A stretch of 64,000 nt of DNA from an uncultured Candidatus Poseidoniales archaeon (GTDB taxonomy: Archaea; Thermoplasmatota; Poseidoniia; Poseidoniales; Poseidoniaceae): assembly GCA_964013535.1 (NCBI GenBank), contig CAXGWS010000007.1, positions 6,318 to 70,317 of the forward strand, read 5' to 3'. The position numbers and the translations under genes were made by a program. Below, piece after piece: positions 1 to 9,337 of this stretch. How positions within the stretch are numbered: the first letter of the stretch is position 1; each line of letters begins with the position of its first letter. The notes beneath the pieces were generated by a model. It searched no databases, was not told the origin of the DNA, and was given only the letters and a program-made list of their open reading frames with translations.

Positions 1-1
1 T

Positions 2-1006
2 TGGCCAAACTGGATGCGGAAATTATCACTTAACAAGTTAGCCACAGACAGCAGATTTGCGGGATTCCTCGCAGCAACCGGATTCTTCCTGCTATCAGGA
101 TTTTATGGCTGGGCCGTATTCAGTCTACCAGCAAGGTCCCCTGTTGGAATACCTGATGCTTCCCTACTGTTACCCAGTCTTGCTGGCCTGTTCGGAATTG
201 CCAATCTGCTTGACATTTATGCCACAACATCGCATATTCCACCGCAGAATGAAGATTGGACTTTACCCCCTGCCAAACCCCTAATTGTTCCTTGTTTTTG
301 GTCTGGGGTCGCTGGAGCGTCCATGGGTGTGTTGCCAGGTATGACCGCCTCTCAAGCAACTGTACTGGTTATGGGTGGTAGAAATGTCGCAGCAAAGGTC
401 CAGGGCAAGGAAGGCTACGGCATGGATTGGGAAACACGACGGCTGACAGAAATGACTGATGAAGAACTACTCGAAATAGCCCTTTCTGAAGCCGAAGGTG
501 GTGTAGAAGGGCCGCAGACCAAGCAAGATTTGGAGGTAATTGCGATTTTATCTGCAGTTAACACTGCGGTTACGGTTATGGTTTTGGGATTCTTGTACAT
601 CATTGGCAGGTCAAGGTCGGGAGCGACTCTTGCTCTCAAAATGATGTATCCAATAGACACTTGGTCTTCAGCAGAACCAACGGCAGATTTTGTTCGGTTG
701 ATTGCTGTGACTGTTGCGGCAGGATTGATGGCGATGCCAATTATGCGTGTGGTTGGCAAGGGCATGCTGAGATTACACGCTGCCATACCACTTCAACAAA
801 TGGTGATGGGAGTCATCATATTCGTTAGTGCTCTCGTTTGGTTCACTACAGGATTTATTGGAATTGGAGTGTTAATTATCGGAACAATTCTCGGGCTCAT
901 TCCACCAAGAGTAGGAATAAGAAGAAGTCACGGAATGGGGATAATTATCGTACCGATTATGATCTACACTTTCTCTCAAGCACAAGACGCATTCGGCTTC
1001 TTGTGA
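2..1006 (+). CDS. Polytopic membrane protein, TctA/DUF112-like (weak family call). The ORF is open to the window edge, so the 5' end may be missing.
   Basis: 330-aa ORF from ATG 14, with the frame open back to nt 2. Many hydrophobic segments. GASMGVLPGMTASQA resembles the G-x-LPG motif of TctA/DUF112 permeases. An acidic soluble insert sits mid-protein. Confidence 0.5.
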   Translation, partial: WPNWMRKLSLNKLATDSRFAGFLAATGFFLLSGFYGWAVFSLPARSPVGIPDASLLLPSLAGLFGIANLLDIYATTSHIPPQNEDWTLPPAKPLIVPCFWSGVAGASMGVLPGMTASQATVLVMGGRNVAAKVQGKEGYGMDWETRRLTEMTDEELLEIALSEAEGGVEGPQTKQDLEVIAILSAVNTAVTVMVLGFLYIIGRSRSGATLALKMMYPIDTWSSAEPTADFVRLIAVTVAAGLMAMPIMRVVGKGMLRLHAAIPLQQMVMGVIIFVSALVWFTTGFIGIGVLIIGTILGLIPPRVGIRRSHGMGIIIVPIMIYTFSQAQDAFGFL

Positions 1007-1058
1007 AATCAAAAATAAGATATGACTAACAACACCGGACAAACATGGAGATGACGCA

Positions 1059-4000
1059 ATGCTGAATAAACGATATCCAATAATTCTGATTACCATAATG
1101 CTATGTTCATACCTTGCGCCTTTACTGGATAATGATTCTTTGGAGGACACAGAAGAGGTATCACAGACTAGCGGTCGCTCTACGGCATGTAGTGGTGACA
1201 TTTGCATTTCTGAAGCACTAGTCAACGCCTTTGGCTCCGAAACCGGAGCCGTTGGTCCGAGCGATTGGACCAGTGGAGAATGGGTTGAGTTACACAATTC
1301 CGGCACTGCTACTGTCGACCTATCAACTTGGATAATTGATGACCACTACAACAGACCATTGAGTATGACCACAAATCACGTGGTTTATCCGACCAATGCA
1401 GTAAATCTCGAGCTATCTGCTGGCGACTATATTGTACTCGCAAGAAATGGTGATGGTGGTGGTTGCGGCTACTGTATGAAAAATTCGAATGGCATGGTCA
1501 ACCTAAAGAACCCTGCTGGCACGTTAGTCCACTCAATTTCATGGACGAGCTCGCCGACTGAAGGTACATCGCTGATTGAAGACTCAAACGACCCAATAGC
1601 AGACTGGGTAGAATCCGCCACCCTTTCACCCGGTGAAGCAAATCAGGGTGGAACACCTGTCGGACCAGTCTACTTTGCTGGTGACATTGTAATTAATGAG
1701 GTAATGGCAGATGCATCTCCAAGTTTCGACAATGCTACATACCCCGGTGGAGAATGGGTAGAAATTTACAATCAGGGTGGCAATGATATTGACCTTACCG
1801 GTTGGTACATAACTGATGCCGCAGGCAACATGATTGAATTTGACCAAGACCATTTAATCGGCTATACTGCTGAAACTGATTCACTAATGATAAATTCTGG
1901 AGATATGAGAATTGTTGCAGTTAATGGCTCAACAAATAGCGGTGTATTGAACAACGCTATTGAAAAATTACGGGTTCACTGGCCTAACGGATCAATCGGT
2001 GACGAGGTAAACTGGACCAGTACTGAACCGGGCTTTTCGCTATCGAGGATATCAGGAAGTGATTCTATGTTCATTTCTGCACACCCAACCATCAACATGA
2101 CAAATCTTGCTGGGATGGAATTATTGCCTACACTAACAGGTGATATATTCATTACAGAATATTTGCCATCCACCAATACTAGCGGTGCGTTTCCAAATGG
2201 AAAATGGATTGAGATTGTCAATAATGGTACAACCATAATTGATGTATCAGGTTGGAGTATCACCAATGGCAAAGGCGACATATTGTACTTTGACCCGGGG
2301 ACAATGGTGTTTAACCAATCACATTCAGGAGTTACCGAAGTCAACCCAGGAGAGAGAAGACTTATCTCAATGTCCAACAATTTTGACCTGTATGATTACT
2401 ACGAACACTTAGTTCTAAAAGATTCACAAGGCAGTATAATTGATACCGCATGGCACAGCAACTACTTTGGTGATAATGTATCCATGGTTCGAGACTATGA
2501 CAACTTGGGTCTTGCATGGGTCCCATCTAACTGGATTACCCCCGGTGAGCCAGAACCAGGTACTGAGCCATATGTCGCAGTAGATGTAAAAATCACTGAA
2601 ATCCTGCCAGATAGTGAGGGTTCAGACACCCAATCTTGGCCACTCGGAGAATGGCTTGAAGTATACAATAACGATAGTAGCGCAGTTGATTTGACGGGTT
2701 GGAAGTTAAAGGCGTCAAATAGCAGAAGTTTCACCATTGGCGGGTACAATTTCCCGCTTCAGATAGACGCCGTAATTCAGCCCGGTGACGTTGGATTAAT
2801 CGCATTAAACGGGACCAATTCATTCTATCTGAAACAAACTACAGACATCATTACCTTGGTTGATGCTAATGATGGAATTGTCGACACAGTTGGTTGGAAT
2901 CACTCTTCGGAGAACATGTCATTAATCGCTCCTGGAAGTAGTCATGCTGGATACACGACAACCAGTCCGGCAGGCATTACTGGATGGGTTGAGCCAGCTT
3001 GGCCAACGCCCGGAACAATAAATCCAACATGGCCTGCTTATACAGACTCTAACGACTTGATAATCACTGAATACATGGGCTGGTGTGATGAAGGCGGTAA
3101 CAATTATCATGATTGGGTTGAAATAATGAATAATGGAACTACACCTATCGATTTATTGCGATGGCGAGTAGATACTGACACCAAGCGAATTTTCATCAAT
3201 AATTTAGCTGAAGTTAGTTCCACAGATTCTAAGAGCATTGTAGCCAATCTTACCAAATCGACTATTGTCAATCCAGGGGAGTATGCTTTAATCAGTTTGC
3301 CACGCTCTTTCCTAATGGCCGTTGACGTCATAGATTTGTACAACCCTGATGGCGTTGTTGTGGGAATTTCTAACACTCACGGTGAGGGTTTGACTCCAAA
3401 TACATGTGAATCTTGGATTTCTGATGATGGCACAAATTGGTTTTCAGGAGCATATCCAACACCCGGACAAGCAAACATTCAAGCGACCGATTTTGCAACA
3501 GCACAAGACATTGTGATGACCAGAGTTTCACCATATGACAATGAATTCATTCAAATCAAGAATATTGGAGACAAAGATGCTTTCCTCAATGGCTGGACCA
3601 TAAACATCAATGACGGAACAGTGTATGAATGTACAATAATCAATAATATGTTCTTTGCTCCACACAGCAGCGTTGTGTTTGCTGAAGAATCGGCCATAAC
3701 CGGTAGTGGCGGAATGGCTGATGTAATCGCTACCGATACCAATCTACTGCTCGGGGAGGCAACAACATATCTGAACTTCGATGATATTGGTTGTGCCGAC
3801 TTATACATACCAGACTCCGGTGTCGCAGTCTCCCTGAAAGACGCAAATGGAGAACTTGGTGACACCTTTGTTTTTGACGCCGGACCAGCAAGTCAAGACG
3901 GTTGGAGCAGTGAAACAGTTTCAATACCTTCCTCAAGCGTTGCGGATGATGAATTTGTATTCATTCGAGGCGATGGTTGCTCGTTCCTACCAGACACCGA

Positions 4001-6050
4001 TTCTGCCACCGATTGGAAATATCAGTGGTCGATAACTGGGGGCATGAGCACATTATGCTTGCAAACCGAATTCAGTCAATCAGAAGCGATTGTAGTACCC
4101 ATCGTCGGCCCACAAAATGGTCTGCTTGAACTCAAACAATTTATTGATGAAAGCCAAACTAGTCTAAGAATCCAATTGTACCAGTTGCAAGACGCTCACT
4201 TGGTTCAAGCATTACTAGATGCTCTGCAACGAAATGTTAGTGTTGAACTAATGCTTGACCCAGGTTGCAATAACTGCAACATTTGGTCAGAAACCGATCT
4301 TCAATACAAGAATAACTTTGCCTACACGTTGATTGAAGCTGGTGCAACAGTATACGAATTCAACACAAACAGTAACGAACCTTACCTATATCTCCACAGC
4401 AAAGTTGTGGTCCGTGATACTACAAGTGTATGGATCTCATCTGGCAATTGGAAATCCTCTTCTGTTCCCGCCCCCGGAGTGAGAGGAAATGTTGAATGGA
4501 GTGTTATTATTGATAACTCGGATCTTGCAGAAATGGTAGATCAGCAGTTCAATCTCGATATCCACTGGTCAGAATTGATGACATTGAGTGACTACGATGC
4601 ATACACATTCTATCCACCCACCACCATCGGTGGCGGCGGAATCCAAGCGGCAATTCAAGCCAGCATAAGTGGCGAATTACTGACATGTCCGGAAAATTGT
4701 GTAACAAAAATAACTGATTTCATTCGCTCAGCTGAAGATGAAGTATTGTTGTCTCAGCAAACCCTAGATGTTGATTGGTCATATGGCTGGGGTGACGAAA
4801 ATCCAATCATAACCGCGTTACATGAAGTCGCAAGTCGAGGTGTTGGAGTTCACCTAATCATTAACGGGGCATACCTTGACGATGACGACCAAGAAGTTGT
4901 TGATTTGTTCAATGAAGTTTGGAACGGCAGTGAGGGATTAGATGCATCAGCCATTGTAATGAGTGAGGATGATGATGTGTCAAAATTACACAACAAAGGA
5001 ATAATTGTCGACGGTGAAAGTGTCTTGGTATCATCCATCAACATGGGCAGTTCGGCGATGAATCGAAATCGCGAAATGGGTGTAATAATTCATTCATCAA
5101 TCATTACCCAGTACTACCTTGATGGCTGGCATGATGACTGGAACCGGCTTGATAATGTGACTGATTCAGACCAAGATTCCTTAACCGACAAGTGGGAAGT
5201 TGCCAATGGATTAAACAGAACCAAGCGGATAATGCCCTCTGGAGTTACCGAAGATATGTTCGATTCCGATGGCGACGGAGTCAATAACACCGATGAAAAT
5301 AAACAAGGTAGCCACCCATTATTGGCTGATACTGATGGAGATTGTGCAATTGATTCTGTTGAAATCGCTTGGGCTCAAAGTACTGCTCTCAACTCCAGCA
5401 TTGCCAACGTGGCCATTTACGATGCTTTGAACATGGAGGATGCAGATGGCGATGGCATCAAAGATACCGACAAATATGGTTGCGATTTATCGGCAAGTAC
5501 TGATACACAACAATCTGGTGACGACCAAACAATTGACCCAGATGCAGATGATGATGGCGACGGGATAGCCAATAAGAACGACTTATGCCCTGATACTATA
5601 GCTGGCGGTTTAACCGATCTTGACGGATGTTCGAGCGACCAACTGGGTGACCAAGCAGAGGCTAGTGATGGCAAGAAAGACACCACTGGTTCAAACACTA
5701 TGTTAGTCATTATGTTGGTTGCCGCAATATTTACTGCAGGTGCATTCCTTATTCTCAAACAACTTGAATCAAAAGCAAGCCAGGCCAAAGATTTGGTTAG
5801 TTTGGAAGAACAAGAAATGATGCTGGTAGAAAATTCCGAGGCTGTTGACACCGAGGAGTGGGCAATGCCGGTTCTAGATGGCAGCAGTACAAGTAGCGGA
5901 GATGATGCCGCATCTAGCGAGATTTCAGCAGAAGATATGGCAAAATTCCCCGGTTGGGGAATAGATGTGGTTCAACGCTACATCGATAGCGGTTGGACAA
6001 TAGAGCAACTTGCTGAATACTATCAAGAACAGTTGCAGGACAATCAATAA
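1059..6050 (+). CDS. Giant membrane-anchored surface protein: N-terminal signal/anchor, six lamin-tail-domain (LTD) repeats, tandem HKD/PLD phosphodiesterase domains, thrombospondin-type-3-like Ca-binding repeats, C-terminal TM helix and acidic cytoplasmic tail.
   Basis: 1663-aa ORF with ATG start. Six LTD signatures: GEWVELHNSG..VDLSTW, GEWVEIYNQG..IDLTGW, GKWIEIVNNG..IDVSGW, GEWLEVYNND..VDLTGW, HDWVEIMNNG..IDLLRW, NEFIQIKNIG..FLNGW. Two HxK(x)4D motifs: HSKVVVRD..ISSGNW from 4395 and HNKGIIVD..VSSINMG from 4989. DSDGDG/DTDGD/DADGDG repeats. TM helix MLVIMLVAAIFTAGAFLIL at 5700-5765. Confidence 0.9.
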   Translation: MLNKRYPIILITIMLCSYLAPLLDNDSLEDTEEVSQTSGRSTACSGDICISEALVNAFGSETGAVGPSDWTSGEWVELHNSGTATVDLSTWIIDDHYNRPLSMTTNHVVYPTNAVNLELSAGDYIVLARNGDGGGCGYCMKNSNGMVNLKNPAGTLVHSISWTSSPTEGTSLIEDSNDPIADWVESATLSPGEANQGGTPVGPVYFAGDIVINEVMADASPSFDNATYPGGEWVEIYNQGGNDIDLTGWYITDAAGNMIEFDQDHLIGYTAETDSLMINSGDMRIVAVNGSTNSGVLNNAIEKLRVHWPNGSIGDEVNWTSTEPGFSLSRISGSDSMFISAHPTINMTNLAGMELLPTLTGDIFITEYLPSTNTSGAFPNGKWIEIVNNGTTIIDVSGWSITNGKGDILYFDPGTMVFNQSHSGVTEVNPGERRLISMSNNFDLYDYYEHLVLKDSQGSIIDTAWHSNYFGDNVSMVRDYDNLGLAWVPSNWITPGEPEPGTEPYVAVDVKITEILPDSEGSDTQSWPLGEWLEVYNNDSSAVDLTGWKLKASNSRSFTIGGYNFPLQIDAVIQPGDVGLIALNGTNSFYLKQTTDIITLVDANDGIVDTVGWNHSSENMSLIAPGSSHAGYTTTSPAGITGWVEPAWPTPGTINPTWPAYTDSNDLIITEYMGWCDEGGNNYHDWVEIMNNGTTPIDLLRWRVDTDTKRIFINNLAEVSSTDSKSIVANLTKSTIVNPGEYALISLPRSFLMAVDVIDLYNPDGVVVGISNTHGEGLTPNTCESWISDDGTNWFSGAYPTPGQANIQATDFATAQDIVMTRVSPYDNEFIQIKNIGDKDAFLNGWTININDGTVYECTIINNMFFAPHSSVVFAEESAITGSGGMADVIATDTNLLLGEATTYLNFDDIGCADLYIPDSGVAVSLKDANGELGDTFVFDAGPASQDGWSSETVSIPSSSVADDEFVFIRGDGCSFLPDTDSATDWKYQWSITGGMSTLCLQTEFSQSEAIVVPIVGPQNGLLELKQFIDESQTSLRIQLYQLQDAHLVQALLDALQRNVSVELMLDPGCNNCNIWSETDLQYKNNFAYTLIEAGATVYEFNTNSNEPYLYLHSKVVVRDTTSVWISSGNWKSSSVPAPGVRGNVEWSVIIDNSDLAEMVDQQFNLDIHWSELMTLSDYDAYTFYPPTTIGGGGIQAAIQASISGELLTCPENCVTKITDFIRSAEDEVLLSQQTLDVDWSYGWGDENPIITALHEVASRGVGVHLIINGAYLDDDDQEVVDLFNEVWNGSEGLDASAIVMSEDDDVSKLHNKGIIVDGESVLVSSINMGSSAMNRNREMGVIIHSSIITQYYLDGWHDDWNRLDNVTDSDQDSLTDKWEVANGLNRTKRIMPSGVTEDMFDSDGDGVNNTDENKQGSHPLLADTDGDCAIDSVEIAWAQSTALNSSIANVAIYDALNMEDADGDGIKDTDKYGCDLSASTDTQQSGDDQTIDPDADDDGDGIANKNDLCPDTIAGGLTDLDGCSSDQLGDQAEASDGKKDTTGSNTMLVIMLVAAIFTAGAFLILKQLESKASQAKDLVSLEEQEMMLVENSEAVDTEEWAMPVLDGSSTSSGDDAASSEISAEDMAKFPGWGIDVVQRYIDSGWTIEQLAEYYQEQLQDNQ

Positions 6051-6097
6051 TATCGCAAGATTGACAAAGGACTTTGTCTTAGGACTAGTCGATAAAG

Positions 6098-6847
6098 ATG
6101 CGTTATAGTACAAGCAATCCGGTAATGACCCAGAATTTTTGGGCGAATATCCAAGGGCAGAACACAATGACTTTGCAAGGCACCATCGGTAAATTGGCTT
6201 ACCTACTCGGTGTTGTTACAGTAGTTGCCTTTATCTCTGCATATGTAGCACTTGACGCAATCAAGTCAGGCAATGCAGGCGTGGTAAATGGCATGACTTG
6301 GGGAGGACTATTTGGTGGCATATTAGTAGCAGTAATCCTGATGATTATGCGGCCTGAAAATCCTGCTATACTAATGACAATATACGCTGTAATGCAGGGA
6401 TTATTCGTTGGTACTATCTCGTTAATCTTTGAAGCATTCTACTCTGGTATTGTCGTACAAGCTGCCTTTGGCACGTTGTTCATCACCGCTGGAATGCTGT
6501 TCATTTACTCATCAAGGATAATACGACCTACACCCACCTTCAACAAAGTAATCGGTAGTTTAGTTTTCTCGATAATGATGCTTTACATGGTTTCAATAGC
6601 GTTCTACTTCTTTACCCCGTTCAGCGTACCTTTCATTCACTCATCAGGCCCTATTGGCATTGGATTGACCGTGTTCATACTTTCTATTGCTGCATTAAGT
6701 CTCATCTCAGATTTTGGATTTATTGAATCTGGAGTTAAGATGAACGCACCAAAGAATGCCGAATGGTGGGGAGCCTTCGGCGTATTGGTTACAATAATTT
6801 GGATTTACATAGAGATGATTAGACTACTGTCCAAAATTAGAGACTGA
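6098..6847 (+). CDS. Bax-inhibitor-1-like (BaxI_1/YccA-type) multi-pass membrane protein
   Basis: 249-aa ORF. The N-terminus MRYSTSNPVM is followed by about 7 hydrophobic helices, the layout I associate with the 'Bax inhibitor 1 like' family. Confidence 0.6.
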   Translation: MRYSTSNPVMTQNFWANIQGQNTMTLQGTIGKLAYLLGVVTVVAFISAYVALDAIKSGNAGVVNGMTWGGLFGGILVAVILMIMRPENPAILMTIYAVMQGLFVGTISLIFEAFYSGIVVQAAFGTLFITAGMLFIYSSRIIRPTPTFNKVIGSLVFSIMMLYMVSIAFYFFTPFSVPFIHSSGPIGIGLTVFILSIAALSLISDFGFIESGVKMNAPKNAEWWGAFGVLVTIIWIYIEMIRLLSKIRD

Positions 6848-6863
6848 ACAAAACCGACTTTTC

Positions 6864-6871
6864 TCATAAAT
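6864..6871 (+). promoter_or_regulatory. Putative archaeal TATA box (TCATAAAT) for the 2OG-oxygenase/deoA pair
   Basis: AT-rich octamer centred about 27 nt upstream of ATG 6895. The same TCATAAA core occurs at the same distance before tRNA-Asn and sufC. Implies a leaderless or near-leaderless mRNA. Confidence 0.35.
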
Positions 6872-6894
6872 TCAAGCATAGACTTGATACGGTA

Positions 6895-7869
6895 ATGACG
6901 GTAGCGCACATTGATAACATGAGCCGAAGTATTCCCATAGTAGATTTTGCAGATTATGTGTCTGGTGATGATTTGCGCAAGCAAAAATTCATCCAATCAG
7001 TCGGAGACTCGCTCAAAGACATCGGGTTTTTTGCCCTCAAAAATCACGGCATTCCCGTTGAATTAATTCAGCAATCATATGACAAAGGCGACGAATTTTT
7101 TGGTTTGCCTAGTGATGAAAAGATGGCCTATGCGCAGCGTGAAATTGCCCATCAAAGGGGATATACTGCATTTGGTGTTGAACATGCGAAAGACAATCCC
7201 GCACCTGATTTGAAAGAGTTCTGGCAGACCGGAAGAACTCACCAAAAAGGTTCAACGCCATCATATCCAGCCAATGTTTGGCCAAATGAAATAATTCCTG
7301 AGTTCAAGACTGTAGTCGATGATTTATACAACAGAATGGAATCATTGTCCTGTGATTTACTATCTGCTTGTAGTGAGTACTTAGGCAAAGAGAGCGATTG
7401 GCTTGTAGAAATGACCAATGATGGCAATACTATAATGCGGATAATCCATTACCCGCCACTTGGTGAAAATGTACCTGCTGGAGCGGTTCGTTCCGCAGCG
7501 CATGAAGATATTAATTTCATTACGCTGTTGGTAACTGCAACTGCAGATGGCCTCGAAGTAATGGATCACGATGGTTCATGGATTAAGGTGGAAGGTGATG
7601 AACGATTCATCATTGTTGATTCCGGTGATATGATTCAAAATTTGACTAATGGTTTATTCAAGTCCACAACTCACAGAGTCGTGAATCCCAGTTCAAAATC
7701 TGAACGTCGCTTCTCAATGCCAATGTTTGTTCACCCACGCAACTCCATTGATTTAACACCAAGGCCGGAATTTATCGCTATGACAAGTGGTACTGCAGAC
7801 TATCAATCCATATCTGCTGGTGATTATCTTCATCAAAGGTTAGTTGAAATCGGCCTTGCAGAAGATTAG
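6895..7869 (+). CDS. 2-oxoglutarate/Fe(II)-dependent oxygenase (isopenicillin-N-synthase-like family)
   Basis: 324 aa. HxD...H facial triad (HEDINFITLL ... TTHRV) and RxS (ERRFSMP) in the expected order and spacing. Confidence 0.85.
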   Translation: MTVAHIDNMSRSIPIVDFADYVSGDDLRKQKFIQSVGDSLKDIGFFALKNHGIPVELIQQSYDKGDEFFGLPSDEKMAYAQREIAHQRGYTAFGVEHAKDNPAPDLKEFWQTGRTHQKGSTPSYPANVWPNEIIPEFKTVVDDLYNRMESLSCDLLSACSEYLGKESDWLVEMTNDGNTIMRIIHYPPLGENVPAGAVRSAAHEDINFITLLVTATADGLEVMDHDGSWIKVEGDERFIIVDSGDMIQNLTNGLFKSTTHRVVNPSSKSERRFSMPMFVHPRNSIDLTPRPEFIAMTSGTADYQSISAGDYLHQRLVEIGLAED

Positions 7870-7878
7870 GATGATATT

Positions 7879-9201
7879 ATGAATCCCAAGGATGTTGAAT
7901 TTTTAATTCAGCAAGTTGAGTCTTCAACACCAATGAATGACGATTTATTGCAACTATTCATAGATGCTGTTGCCCAGCGAAAATTGCCTCTTGATTTAGT
8001 CGAGCGTTGGCTGAGAGCAGTACATAGCAATGGCATATCGGTTAAGGAAACAACTCAACTAACCAAAGGCATGATGATGTCAGGAGCAGTCATCGAGTGG
8101 GATGATAATTCAAGGGTAGTTGATAAACACAGCACCGGTGGTGTCGGTGACAAAATGTCGCTGATGTTAGCACCAATCCTTGCTGCATGTGGATTGAAGG
8201 TTCCAATGCTTGCTGGTCGAGGGTTAGGCCACACTGGAGGTACCATAGATAAATTGGAATCAATACCAGGTTTCAACTGCGCATTAAATCCGCAACAAAT
8301 GAAAAGCCAAGTGGAGGAAATCGGTTGTTGTATCGCAGCCCAAAATGACGCTATTGCCCCTGCTGACGGGCTATTGTATGCTGTTAGAGATGTAACTAAC
8401 ACCATCGATAGCATCCCACTGATTACTGCTTCAATAATCTCTAAGAAGGCCGCTGAAGGTTTAGGATGCTTGGTTTTAGACGTTAAATGCGGCAAAGCAG
8501 CCTTTATGCAAAATTTAGATGATGCCACAGCGTTGGCCAAATCTATGGTCGGTGCCGCCAACGGTTTAGGGATAGATACAGTTGCTCAAATTACACAAAT
8601 GGATTACCCAATTGGAAGATATGTCGGAAACAGTTTAGAAGTGCTTGGCAGTATTCTTGTTTTGCAAGGCAAGGGCTCCAAAGACACCATGGAGATTGTA
8701 GTTCTACAATGTGCTGAATTGATGGTAAGGTCTGGTATTGCTAATTCACATAAACAAGCAGAGAGTTTGATTATTGAGGCAATTACAAGTGGGAAAGCGC
8801 TCGAGAAATTCAAACAAATGTGCATACTTCAAGGAGTTGAGCAAGCAACTGCCAAAACACTCATTGATTACCCCAGTGCTGTACTGCCAAGTAGTAATCT
8901 CATCACAGATATTATAGCAAGTCAATCAGGATATATCAGCGAAATAAATTCAATGGTGTTAGCCGAAATTGCCCGCAAGCACGGCGCAGGCCGGTTTACT
9001 ATCGAAGACGAGATTATCCCGGATGTGGGATTTGAGATTGTTGTCGAAAGAGGGGAATATATCAGCGCTGGATCAATCTGGCTAAAGTTTCATCACAATC
9101 AGATATTAACCGATGCTGAAATTGCCACATTAACCAGTGCGTTAACCACTTCAGCGCAAGAAATTGTGGTGCATAATCGCCTAATTTCAGTCGTTGAATA
9201 A
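7879..9201 (+). CDS. deoA: Thymidine/pyrimidine-nucleoside phosphorylase
   Basis: 440 aa. HSTGGVGDK phosphate-binding motif, then GRGLGHTGGTIDKLESIPGF. The length fits the bacterial-type enzyme rather than the longer archaeal AMP phosphorylase. Confidence 0.85.
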   Translation: MNPKDVEFLIQQVESSTPMNDDLLQLFIDAVAQRKLPLDLVERWLRAVHSNGISVKETTQLTKGMMMSGAVIEWDDNSRVVDKHSTGGVGDKMSLMLAPILAACGLKVPMLAGRGLGHTGGTIDKLESIPGFNCALNPQQMKSQVEEIGCCIAAQNDAIAPADGLLYAVRDVTNTIDSIPLITASIISKKAAEGLGCLVLDVKCGKAAFMQNLDDATALAKSMVGAANGLGIDTVAQITQMDYPIGRYVGNSLEVLGSILVLQGKGSKDTMEIVVLQCAELMVRSGIANSHKQAESLIIEAITSGKALEKFKQMCILQGVEQATAKTLIDYPSAVLPSSNLITDIIASQSGYISEINSMVLAEIARKHGAGRFTIEDEIIPDVGFEIVVERGEYISAGSIWLKFHHNQILTDAEIATLTSALTTSAQEIVVHNRLISVVE

Positions 9202-9221
9202 AGAGAGGCTCTCCGAATTGC

Positions 9222-9229
9222 TCATAAAG
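9222..9229 (+). promoter_or_regulatory. Putative TATA box (TCATAAAG) for tRNA-Asn
   Basis: Centred about 25 nt upstream of the tRNA 5' end at 9251. Same core as at 6864 and 58657. Confidence 0.35.
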
Positions 9230-9250
9230 GAGAGGTGATTCGGCAACTTT

Positions 9251-9326
9251 GCCGATTTAGCTTAGTTGGTGGAGCGTGGGACTGTTAATCCCAAGGTCAT
9301 GGGTTCGAGCCCCATAATCGGCGCCA
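9251..9326 (+). tRNA. tRNA-Asn (anticodon GTT), with genomically encoded CCA
   Basis: Hand-folded cloverleaf. Acceptor GCCGATT/AATCGGC, D stem GCTT/GAGC, anticodon stem TGGGA/TCCCA with loop CTGTTAA, T stem ATGGG/CCCAT with loop TTCGAGC, discriminator G then CCA (9324-9326). No intron. Confidence 0.95.
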
Positions 9327-9337
9327 CAAATCTTTGC

